Source of the DNA: an uncultured virus (IMG/VR IMGVR_UViG_3300008117_000028) | Lineage: Duplodnaviria > Heunggongvirae > Uroviricota > Caudoviricetes | Direction: 5' to 3' (one strand) | Length of the DNA stretch: 64,000 bases | Virus record (IMG/VR): IMGVR_UViG_3300008117_000028 | Part shown: piece by piece, positions 1-6,921 of the stretch | Numbering within the stretch: the first letter of the stretch is position 1 | Layout of the letters: every line of letters starts with the position of its first letter | The notes under the pieces: model-generated | Told to the model about the DNA's origin: nothing | What the model saw: the letters and a program-made list of their open reading frames with translations, nothing else | Databases searched by the model: none | Translations under genes and position numbers: made by a program

Positions 1-2
1 AA

Positions 3-146
3 ATGGAAATCGGACAACTATACACAACTACTCAAAGTGGTATTACTGGAATTATCAAGGCTATTGATAATCACCCAAGCGGAGTAAATCGTGTCTTGCT
101 AGATGTAAATGGCAAAGAACGCTGGACTTCAGTATCAGTTAAGTAA
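3..146 (+). CDS. small hypothetical early protein (47 aa, MEIGQLYTTT...SVSVK); upstream context cut by window edge
   Basis: Hand-translated ATG3..TAA146; not in ORF track (too short). Confidence 0.6.
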   Translation: MEIGQLYTTTQSGITGIIKAIDNHPSGVNRVLLDVNGKERWTSVSVK

Positions 147-164
147 TAGTTAGCGGATACTGCT

Positions 165-186
165 TGTCGGTGGTATCCGCTATAAT
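165..186 (+). promoter_or_regulatory. early-type promoter TGTCGGT-N9-TATAAT, overlapping an inverted repeat (AGCGGATAC/GTATCCGCT)
   Basis: Motif recurs at 1060, 2305, 3233 and 4930 with identical spacing. Confidence 0.75.
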
Positions 187-215
187 AAACCAAAACCCAA
201 CGAAAGGAAAAATAA

Positions 216-638
216 ATGGCAAGAGGAAAAGCAATACAGGTAAAAATACCTACTGCTAAGGTTATCAAAGCCTTAGAAGCAAAGTTAGCACAAGTAGAGG
301 CTGACTTTAAGAAACAAGATGAAAACGAAGCAAAGTATAATAAAGCCCGTGAGAAGTGGTCAAAGGAACTTGGTAAGTATGCCGTTGCTCAAATAGCAAA
401 AGCAGAAAACCTACGCACCAACTATCGCTCTTGGAACAAAACTCTCAATGTAGATTTTGACCTTGTATGCGATGAAAAGGATTTTCCAAAAGAGCCTGAA
501 AAGGACTACGAGGTTATTCACCTTCATACTTATCGTGAAATGAAAGAGGAAATGGAAAATGCTATCCGTATTCTCAAGATGACCGATGAGGAGGTAGTTT
601 CTACTTCTACTTACAACGCTATCGCAAGATACTTGTAA
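216..638 (+). CDS. hypothetical early protein (helical/coiled-coil)
   Basis: 140 aa ORF with CAACGAAAGGAAAAA RBS at 198-212. Confidence 0.85.
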   Translation: MARGKAIQVKIPTAKVIKALEAKLAQVEADFKKQDENEAKYNKAREKWSKELGKYAVAQIAKAENLRTNYRSWNKTLNVDFDLVCDEKDFPKEPEKDYEVIHLHTYREMKEEMENAIRILKMTDEEVVSTSTYNAIARYL

Positions 639-645
639 TCTTAGC

Positions 646-680
646 GGGGGCTAGACAAAACCTAGCCCCCATGCTACAAT
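646..680 (+). promoter_or_regulatory. sigma70-type promoter TAGACA-N17-TACAAT overlapping hairpin GGGGGCTAG/CTAGCCCCC
   Basis: -35 at 652-657, TG-extended -10 at 675-680. Confidence 0.6.
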
Positions 681-707
681 TCATGTCCCTACTACAAAAG
701 GAATAAA

Positions 708-920
708 ATGCGTTATCGTGTAGAAATATATGATGCTAATAAAGCTCACGATTTAACTATCTACTCAGAAGAAAACTTAAATCGTAATTCTTTAACCCGT
801 CTTGTAAAAGATAATCTAAATAGATTTCAAGGCAATATCAAAGCATATGTTTTTGATACTAATCAAAATAAAAAAATATTTGCTGCTTTCTTTCCAGAGG
901 ACATTCATAGTCTAATCTAA
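708..920 (+). CDS. hypothetical protein
   Basis: 70 aa ORF with AAAGGA RBS. Confidence 0.75.
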   Translation: MRYRVEIYDANKAHDLTIYSEENLNRNSLTRLVKDNLNRFQGNIKAYVFDTNQNKKIFAAFFPEDIHSLI

Positions 921-926
921 TAATCT

Positions 927-969
927 TGGGCCAGGTTTGTGTCGTGTAATCATCTAGATCCCTGGCCCA
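927..969 (+). other. GC-rich intergenic hairpin (TGGGCCAGG/CCTGGCCCA); terminator or RNA processing site
   Basis: 9-bp perfect inverted repeat 927-935/961-969. Confidence 0.5.
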
Positions 970-998
970 TCTTCCCCTGCCCGCAAGTAGCTGCGGGG

Positions 999-1030
999 TT
1001 TTCCACAGGTTTACGGGCCCTTGTGGATAA
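999..1030. promoter_or_regulatory. pair of oppositely oriented DnaA-box-like 9-mers
   Basis: TTTTCCACA (999-1007, one mismatch) and TGTGGATAA (1022-1030, perfect reverse complement of TTATCCACA). Confidence 0.45.
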
Positions 1031-1052
1031 CTCCTGAAAATGTGTGTTAGTC

Positions 1053-1081
1053 TTGTCAATGTCAGTCATGTGTGTTAAAAT
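1053..1081 (+). promoter_or_regulatory. early-type promoter TTGTCA-N17-TAAAAT containing TGTCAGT-N9-TAAAAT
   Basis: Repeated motif; followed by AACGAAAGGA RBS at 1094-1103. Confidence 0.75.
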
Positions 1082-1109
1082 TAGGCAACTCAAAACGAAA
1101 GGATAAAAA

Positions 1110-2126
1110 ATGGCTCATGAGTTAGAAACTCAAAACGGTGTTGCAAGTTTTGCATCATTCCGTGAACCTGCGTGGCATGGTTTAGGTACTGTGTTCACAG
1201 AAGAAAAAACAACTAGCGAAATGCTAGAGGCTGCTAACCTTAATGGTTGGAATGTTCGCTTAGAGGAATTAGAAATTCCATCTACATTAACAAGCGATAA
1301 AAACTATCAATATGTTGTGCGTACTAATCCTACGGACAAAACACAAACCGACGTTTTAGGAATTGTTGGTGAGCGTTATGTACCATTGCAAAATGAAGAA
1401 TTATTTGCATTCGGAGATAACATTCTTGACGGCGGTGGACGTTGGGAGACTGCTGGCTCAATTCGTGGTGGTCGTGTTGTATTCGGCTCTCTTGCATTAG
1501 AGCGTGAGACTGTATTAGACCCTAATGGCGTGGCAGATAAAGTAAAAACTTATTTGCTTATTAACACATCACATGACGGAACTATTGCTATTCAAGCAAG
1601 CATTACACCTGTTCGTGTTGTATGTGCTAACACTCTTAACCTTGCGTTAGGTCGTACAAAAAAGCGTGATGGCGTAAAGCAATCATTCAAAATTCGCCAC
1701 ACACAAACCGCACAAGGTCGTGTGCAAGTTGCTCGTGAGACTTTAGGTCTTGCTAATGCATACATGGATGAATTCGATAAAATGGCTAAGTTGATGATTG
1801 AGAAGGAAATTACTGCTCAACAATTTAACGATATCATTTTGGCTGCATATCCTAAACCTACTAAGGATACTAAGGGTGCTGTTAAAAAATGGCAAAATAA
1901 AGTTGATTTAATCAACGATATTTATACTGGCGAATTTAATCATACAATCGCTGGTAATGCGTGGGGTGCTCTTAATGCTTTAACTGAGCGTTTAGATTGG
2001 CACCGTTCTGCTCGTGGTGCTAACAATGAAAATCTGTTAGCCTCTGCAAGTGGATTTGATGCAACTATTAACGCAGAAAAAAATCGTCTGCTTAAAGTTG
2101 TTCAAACTAATTTGCAACTCATCTAA
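1110..2126 (+). CDS. DUF932/DUF945 family phage-plasmid protein (TIGR03299-like)
   Basis: MAHELE...PAWHGLG, ETAGSIRGG, SHDG, TPVRVVCANTL and IRHT motifs. Confidence 0.85.
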   Translation: MAHELETQNGVASFASFREPAWHGLGTVFTEEKTTSEMLEAANLNGWNVRLEELEIPSTLTSDKNYQYVVRTNPTDKTQTDVLGIVGERYVPLQNEELFAFGDNILDGGGRWETAGSIRGGRVVFGSLALERETVLDPNGVADKVKTYLLINTSHDGTIAIQASITPVRVVCANTLNLALGRTKKRDGVKQSFKIRHTQTAQGRVQVARETLGLANAYMDEFDKMAKLMIEKEITAQQFNDIILAAYPKPTKDTKGAVKKWQNKVDLINDIYTGEFNHTIAGNAWGALNALTERLDWHRSARGANNENLLASASGFDATINAEKNRLLKVVQTNLQLI

Positions 2127-2132
2127 ATAAAT

Positions 2133-2150
2133 GGGCCCCGCAAGGGGCCC
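2133..2150 (+). terminator. GC hairpin with GCAA tetraloop after the DUF932 gene, just before the tRNA
   Basis: GGGCCCC-GCAA-GGGGCCC; weak U tract, so it could instead be a processing hairpin. Confidence 0.5.
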
Positions 2151-2156
2151 CTCTTA

Positions 2157-2230
2157 GGTCCGTTAGCTCAGTTGGTTAGAGCGCTACCCTGTCACGGTAG
2201 AGGTCGTGAGTTCAAGTCTCATACGGATCG
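2157..2230 (+). tRNA. tRNA-Asp (GTC)
   Basis: Acceptor GGTCCGT/ACGGATC, D-arm AGCTCAGTTGGTTAGAGC, anticodon arm CTACC-CTGTCAC-GGTAG, T-loop GTTCAAG. Confidence 0.95.
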
Positions 2231-2297
2231 CAAAGCCCCCAGATGGTGAAGGCCGATTTTCTTCCTTACGGCAAGGGGATTTTTTTCCTGAAAATGC

Positions 2298-2326
2298 TTG
2301 TAATTGTCAGTCTCATCCGCTATAAT
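2298..2326 (+). promoter_or_regulatory. early-type promoter TTGTAA-N17-TATAAT containing TGTCAGT-N9-TATAAT
   Basis: Repeated motif; CAACGAAAGGAA RBS at 2335-2346. Confidence 0.75.
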
Positions 2327-2350
2327 TGGGCCAACAACGAAAGGAATAAT

Positions 2351-3118
2351 ATGCCAAACTGGGTATATAACACATTAACAATCCAAGGACCTAAGTCTGA
2401 GATAGATTATATCAAGGATAAACTAAATGCTCCATTTACATTAGCAATAGAGAATCATGGAATGGGAGACATTAGTGCACATGGATTCCCAACTAAAATT
2501 AAACAAGTAACATATAGTAATCCTGTATTTGCATTCTTCAACATTCATTCATATAAGGATGATGGAATTACAGATGAGGAATATGCACAGCAACCTGACC
2601 GCAGTGGTATAGATATAAATAATGACCCTGATTGGTTTGCTAAATCTGTTGAACGTGCTAAAACCGCTAAAGATTGGTATTCATGGAATAACTCTAATTG
2701 GGGTACCAAATGGGATGTTGCTGTATCAGATGATGAGGAATATCCTGATACAGAATTACTTGAATATAAATCAGACGGTGATGATAACTGGCTTATATAT
2801 AAATATAATACTGCTTGGTCTCCTGCCGTCACAATTCTAACTAAACTATCTAATATGGTTCCTAACTCTTTGCTTACTTTAGAATATGAAGAGGAGCAAG
2901 GTTGGGGCGGAGAGTTAGAGATTGTCCGTGGTGATGTCACAGAGATTCTAGAATATGAGAATCGTTGCTATGCCTGCCAATCTTTTGACACATTAAGTTA
3001 TTGTGACAATGACTGTGGTGAATTCTGTTCAGAATGTAACCAAGGCTCTTGGCAAGATGAAGAGGCTATGGCACAATGCGATACACACGTTTCTCTATTA
3101 GAAAAGGTGGAAGCATGA
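2351..3118 (+). CDS. DUF1281/YubB-like ferredoxin-fold protein with C-terminal Cys cluster
   Basis: MPNWVYN start, WYSWN..NWGTKWD and YNTAWSP motifs; start moved from 2243 to ATG2351 on promoter/RBS evidence. Confidence 0.75.
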   Translation: MPNWVYNTLTIQGPKSEIDYIKDKLNAPFTLAIENHGMGDISAHGFPTKIKQVTYSNPVFAFFNIHSYKDDGITDEEYAQQPDRSGIDINNDPDWFAKSVERAKTAKDWYSWNNSNWGTKWDVAVSDDEEYPDTELLEYKSDGDDNWLIYKYNTAWSPAVTILTKLSNMVPNSLLTLEYEEEQGWGGELEIVRGDVTEILEYENRCYACQSFDTLSYCDNDCGEFCSECNQGSWQDEEAMAQCDTHVSLLEKVEA

Positions 3119-3732
3119 CAGAAAGCTGGTTTAAAGATTCACATCTCTGCACAGAATGTGATGCTTTAATAGAGGTAACTCGTAAAGATGAATTCAGAAA
3201 CATTTGGCACTGTGGAATAGAATGTAATCTATTGTCAGTGGAAGATGCTACAATACACCCAAACAACGAAAGGAAAGAAATGGAAACAAATACGGTCCCT
3301 GAGACCTATAACCCTAATCTACTTGTGACATACAAGTCGATTACCGACGGTGAGGTAACTTACCCAACAATCAAGGTAACTAGCCTGGAATATCAATTAG
3401 ACCAAGTTAAGTACACTGAGAAGACGCTTATGCAGAATGTTAGTTTAATTAATCAAATCACATCTAACTTAACTGCAGATGGCTGGTACAACCCAAATAT
3501 AGATAAGGAAGACATTCTTCGTGACCTTTGTGAAATCCTTGGACACGAGCCAAAGCAAACAATTCGTATAACCGCTCAAATTAGTGTTGAGGCTGAATAT
3601 GAAATTCCTTTAGAGGAAGTTGAAAACTTTGATGCTAAATACTTCCTACAAGATAATCTAACTATTGATTCATACAATGGTGATTTAACTGTAGATACAT
3701 TTGATGTTGAAGATGCGGATGTGGATTGGTAA
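3115..3732 (+). CDS. hypothetical protein with N-terminal CxxC/HC region and a second in-frame start at 3280
   Basis: ATG3115 overlaps the upstream stop (ATGA); internal promoter at 3233-3254 and RBS at 3264-3276 precede ATG3280. Confidence 0.7.
   Translation: MTESWFKDSHLCTECDALIEVTRKDEFRNIWHCGIECNLLSVEDATIHPNNERKEMETNTVPETYNPNLLVTYKSITDGEVTYPTIKVTSLEYQLDQVKYTEKTLMQNVSLINQITSNLTADGWYNPNIDKEDILRDLCEILGHEPKQTIRITAQISVEAEYEIPLEEVENFDAKYFLQDNLTIDSYNGDLTVDTFDVEDADVDW
3233..3254 (+). promoter_or_regulatory. intragenic early-type promoter TGTCAGT-N9-TACAAT
   Basis: Same motif and spacing as the four intergenic copies. Confidence 0.65.
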
Positions 3733-3947
3733 TGTATATCGAACTAACCGCTCCATCCCAGCAAGCACTAAAGGCTGCTTACTGGGAAGCAGATTTGATT
3801 GGGCTGGATCCTCAGCCCATGACATCATTGACTTTCAATATCGGAACTGGTAATATTGAGAAGGTAAGTAGGATTAGAGATAAGTTTAATTTAAAAGAAA
3901 CTTATGTCGCTGAATATGAACCTACTGGATATTTGAGAGGATTGTAA
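3732..3947 (+). CDS. hypothetical protein
   Basis: ORF coupled by TAATG overlaps at both ends. Confidence 0.7.
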   Translation: MYIELTAPSQQALKAAYWEADLIGLDPQPMTSLTFNIGTGNIEKVSRIRDKFNLKETYVAEYEPTGYLRGL

Positions 3948-4093
3948 TGTCTGATTATAAAGATGGATTCCAGGACGGGTATAAATTTGCTCGTGAGGAA
4001 TTAATTGAGAAACTAAGAGAGATTGATATTAACGATATCGATTCCTGGTTACTAGATAGATTATCAGACATGATAGAGAGCAATAAACTATGA
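3947..4093 (+). CDS. small hypothetical protein (48 aa, MSDYKDGFQDGY...)
   Basis: Hand-translated; fills the gap with TAATG and ATGA couplings. Confidence 0.7.
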   Translation: MSDYKDGFQDGYKFAREELIEKLREIDINDIDSWLLDRLSDMIESNKL

Positions 4094-4278
4094 GCGAATG
4101 GATTAAATGTGATTCATGCTCAGCTCAGGCTAAATGGTTAGCCCGTAGCACATCTGGTGAGCTGGCATTTTGCGGGCATCACCGAAATAAGAATTCAGAA
4201 AGCCTAGACAAGTGGGCCTATGAAATGATAGAATTAAATAAAACGGAAGAAACACCTCAACTAGAAAAGGCGGTTTAA
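4090..4278 (+). CDS. small zinc-finger-like protein (CxxC...FCGHH)
   Basis: CDSC and LAFCGHH pattern. Confidence 0.7.
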   Translation: MSEWIKCDSCSAQAKWLARSTSGELAFCGHHRNKNSESLDKWAYEMIELNKTEETPQLEKAV

Positions 4279-4279
4279 A

Positions 4280-4684
4280 ATGGGAGACAGAGCAAACTTT
4301 GTATTCGTAGATGGAGCAGGAGACACCATATGTCTATATGGACACTGGGCTGGATATAACATGCTAGGCAAATTAGCGGATGCTGTTATTGCTGCCCGTC
4401 CTCGTTGGAATGATGAATCATATGCAACACGTATTACTATTAGTCATCTAATCGGCGACCAATGGAATATGGAGACTGGATGGGGCCTGCAAGTAAATGC
4501 TATTGGTGACAATGAGCACAAGATTGCCGTGATTAATTGGCAAGAGCGAACATTCTCATTGCACGAACAGGACGACCATCGTAACCTAGAGAATAAAGTT
4601 TTAGGTATGAAGAATGAAGCAATCTTTACCATGGACCTAGAAGCATTCTGTGAGAAGTATGCAATGGAAAGACTACTCGTCTAA
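4280..4684 (+). CDS. hypothetical protein (MGDRAN...LYGHWAG)
   Basis: 134 aa ORF in operon context. Confidence 0.8.
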   Translation: MGDRANFVFVDGAGDTICLYGHWAGYNMLGKLADAVIAARPRWNDESYATRITISHLIGDQWNMETGWGLQVNAIGDNEHKIAVINWQERTFSLHEQDDHRNLENKVLGMKNEAIFTMDLEAFCEKYAMERLLV

Positions 4685-4698
4685 TATGTTATAATATT

Positions 4699-4827
4699 GG
4701 TAGGCCTGGGTGCCTATCTATACGAGTGGTGCAACTAATCGAGTTGCTAAGTAAAGCAGGTTTTTCCTTTCGTTGAGGTCCTAGCAGCCACTCTTCCTGA
4801 TCCCCTAGTTTTATAGCTGGGGGATTT
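4699..4827 (+). ncRNA. putative structured small RNA carrying an anti-RBS loop (UUUUUCCUUUCGUUG)
   Basis: Extended -10 TGTTATAAT at 4687-4695; stems TAGGC/GCCTA, GAGTGG/CCACTC, GCAACT/AGTTGC and AGG/CCT; 3' hairpin ATCCCCTAG/CTGGGGGAT; no sensible + strand ORF. Confidence 0.65.
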
Positions 4828-4921
4828 GCCCACAAAAAGACATGAGGGTAGCATATCTCTTTTACGGATGTCAAGTATATTTCCTGGAAATTTGATCAAG
4901 CTTTGTGTGATACACACCATA

Positions 4922-4951
4922 TAGACAAATGTCAGTGGTATGAATTATAAT
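4922..4951 (+). promoter_or_regulatory. early-type promoter TAGACA-N18-TATAAT containing TGTCAGT-N9-TATAAT
   Basis: Repeated motif; AACGAAAGGAA RBS at 4963-4973. Confidence 0.75.
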
Positions 4952-4977
4952 TAGGTCATACTAACGAAAGGAATAAA

Positions 4978-5217
4978 ATGGCGGAAACATCATTTCTAGA
5001 TAATGAAAATCAAATGGTAATTGACGCAGAACTGCAAACAATTGCTGAACAATTATTAGATGACTGGATGTATGAAAATCTAAATGAAGGACAATTCTAT
5101 GCAGATTGGCGTATTGCAGATATGTCAGATTCAAATTATCTGAAAGGTAGATTTAATAAACATTATAATTTAAATAAAGATGATGAATATTATATTGAAT
5201 GGGATGAGGAAAAATAA
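4978..5217 (+). CDS. acidic hypothetical protein
   Basis: 79 aa ORF with strong RBS. Confidence 0.8.
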   Translation: MAETSFLDNENQMVIDAELQTIAEQLLDDWMYENLNEGQFYADWRIADMSDSNYLKGRFNKHYNLNKDDEYYIEWDEEK

Positions 5218-5384
5218 TGTTAGGTTATACATATAAAGATATACAGGCATTTGGTAATAGTCTTACTTGGGCTATTGATACCGCCAAGTCTCAGGGTGAA
5301 GAACAACAGTATAAACAATTATTAATTGTATGGGACTTCTTTGAAGGTCTATTAGCAGAAGGATATATATCAGAAGATGTCTAA
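5217..5384 (+). CDS. small hypothetical protein (55 aa, MLGYTYKD...FFEGLLAEGY)
   Basis: Hand-translated; TAATG coupling. Confidence 0.7.
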   Translation: MLGYTYKDIQAFGNSLTWAIDTAKSQGEEQQYKQLLIVWDFFEGLLAEGYISEDV

Positions 5385-5532
5385 TAGTTTAATTGAATAT
5401 ATGAAAATACATTTAACTAGCCTGTACCAGGACATGAATCAAATGCAAGATATTGAGACATTTGATTGGCATTATTTAAAAGGACAAATAGATTCTATTG
5501 AACATGTATTGGAGATGTATAATGAGTTATAA
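5377..5532 (+). CDS. small hypothetical protein (51 aa, MSNSLIEYMKIHL...)
   Basis: Hand-translated; fills the operon gap. Confidence 0.65.
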   Translation: MSNSLIEYMKIHLTSLYQDMNQMQDIETFDWHYLKGQIDSIEHVLEMYNEL

Positions 5533-5806
5533 AACTGATACTCTTGACCCCCGCCTACAAAAATTAGTAGATATGGGAGAAACAGGCACAGACATCCTAC
5601 ATGGGGAATTAAAGAACCTTATGTATAAAGCTGAACAGGAATACCTGGAAGCTAAGCGTATAGAGGAAGAGAATGACTATGATGACGCAATGGAATCCAT
5701 GGAGCGTAAATATTGGGAGGGCCAATTAGACGCCTTGACAGGAATCTATACTCTGACGTATAATTTATCATTCGCTATCAACGAAAGGGCGCAAAAACGT
5801 GGATAA
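5522..5806 (+). CDS. hypothetical protein
   Basis: ORF track 5498..5806; ATG5522 has a GGAG RBS. Confidence 0.75.
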   Translation: MSYKTDTLDPRLQKLVDMGETGTDILHGELKNLMYKAEQEYLEAKRIEEENDYDDAMESMERKYWEGQLDALTGIYTLTYNLSFAINERAQKRG

Positions 5807-6218
5807 TAAAGATAAAGAACTTGGAACAAAAGTAAGACTTCAATTAGATAAAATGGTTTCTGTTTTAAATGATTTGCCAATTGGTGCTTCATTAGTATGG
5901 CTTTGGGCCTGGGACATAATCAGAGATAAATTTAATAATTATTCTCAAGATGACTTTGCTAATGATTATACTGTTACTGATGGAACTACATTAGATGTTA
6001 TCTGGGAGAAACTCTGGGATAACCCGCCTGCCGATTTTACTCTTGAATACGGGGCCGAATTAATGGATGAGGCTGTCATGGACTGGATGATCGACAATGA
6101 ATTCATTGCTTCTCTAGATGACGACGGATGGCTGGACGAGGATTCTGACGAAGAGTCAGATAATACAACTGAATATGGGCAGGACCTGGCGCTTCAAGGC
6201 GGAGCACAGGGTATTTAG
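5799..6218 (+). CDS. acidic hypothetical protein
   Basis: GTG start with TCAACGAAAGG at 5778-5788. Confidence 0.75.
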   Translation: MDNKDKELGTKVRLQLDKMVSVLNDLPIGASLVWLWAWDIIRDKFNNYSQDDFANDYTVTDGTTLDVIWEKLWDNPPADFTLEYGAELMDEAVMDWMIDNEFIASLDDDGWLDEDSDEESDNTTEYGQDLALQGGAQGI

Positions 6219-6230
6219 AAAGGTAACACA

Positions 6231-6374
6231 ATGACAACAAAGCGTGAATATCTAGCCTCAAAGGGCATTACAGTGGGCAAGCGTGGTCGCTTCTCAGGTG
6301 CTGCTAAGCAGGCTCTCTCTGAAGCAGAGAAGAACGGTATCAAGTTTACTGCAGAAGCTAAGCTGACTAAGTAA
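6231..6374 (+). CDS. Lsr2 DNA-binding-domain-like mini-protein (47 aa)
   Basis: MTTKREYLASKGITVGKRGRFSGAAKQALSEA resembles the Lsr2 C-terminal domain (IREWA..NG..VS.RGRI); GAAAGG RBS; not in ORF track. Confidence 0.65.
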   Translation: MTTKREYLASKGITVGKRGRFSGAAKQALSEAEKNGIKFTAEAKLTK

Positions 6375-6385
6375 ACTATTAAACA

Positions 6386-6440
6386 TTGGGGAGGGTTGAG
6401 AGTACGTGCCCTTGACCTTCCCCAACCTTTTTGATATAAT
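6386..6440 (+). promoter_or_regulatory. long hairpin (6386-6425) overlapping promoter TTGACC-N17-TATAAT
   Basis: TTGGGGAGGGTTGAG.../...CTTGACCTTCCCCAA followed by a T tract; -35 at 6412-6417, -10 at 6435-6440. Confidence 0.65.
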
Positions 6441-6463
6441 CTAAAGACAAGGAATAGGCGGAT

Positions 6464-6733
6464 ATGGCAAAGAAAACAGATGAAGATAAAATTGCTGAAC
6501 AACTACAAGAGGTATTAGACAACCATTGGTTTAATCCAGTAATTGCCGCCAGCGTTATTGTAAATAGATTTCCTCTATATACCCAAGATAGACTTATGGA
6601 GTTAATGAAGGAAATTATTAAACAACAAGCAGGCAATTTTGAACCTTATTGGGCAGAGGGTATAACCTCTGAGGCTTTAATGTTAGCCTCTCATCTTGCT
6701 GAGGTAATAGAAATGCATGAGCCACTAGCATGA
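6464..6733 (+). CDS. hypothetical protein
   Basis: 89 aa ORF downstream of the promoter. Confidence 0.75.
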   Translation: MAKKTDEDKIAEQLQEVLDNHWFNPVIAASVIVNRFPLYTQDRLMELMKEIIKQQAGNFEPYWAEGITSEALMLASHLAEVIEMHEPLA

Positions 6734-6921
6734 GCAAGCCCGTAGGGACTCCAAATAAAAAGGCAAAGAAATGGACGGATCCGAAGCGGGGCAAAGATAA
6801 GAATCATGCCCTAGCTTCATTCCGTAAATGGAAGAAAATAGAGAAGGCAAAAAAGCAGGCGGAATTAGATAGATACAATGAACTATGTGGACCAGTATCA
6901 GTAACATATATAAATAAATAA
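6730..6921 (+). CDS. basic hypothetical protein
   Basis: ATGA coupling; last + strand gene. Confidence 0.65.
   Translation: MSKPVGTPNKKAKKWTDPKRGKDKNHALASFRKWKKIEKAKKQAELDRYNELCGPVSVTYINK

Noticed and set aside
2157..2230. tRNA-Asp as a prophage attachment site or host boundary
   Set aside because: Phage-type genes and motifs continue on both sides, and I saw no duplicated tRNA 3' end.
2243..2350. N-terminal extension of the 2243..3118 ORF
   Set aside because: It spans the repeat, promoter and RBS; ATG2351 is the better start.
4689..4874. - strand 61-aa ORF overlapping the candidate sRNA, and the idea that 4761-4776 is just a - strand RBS
   Set aside because: The ORF opposes the local gene direction and has no recognisable features. 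No ATG/GTG/TTG follows the motif at RBS distance on the - strand.
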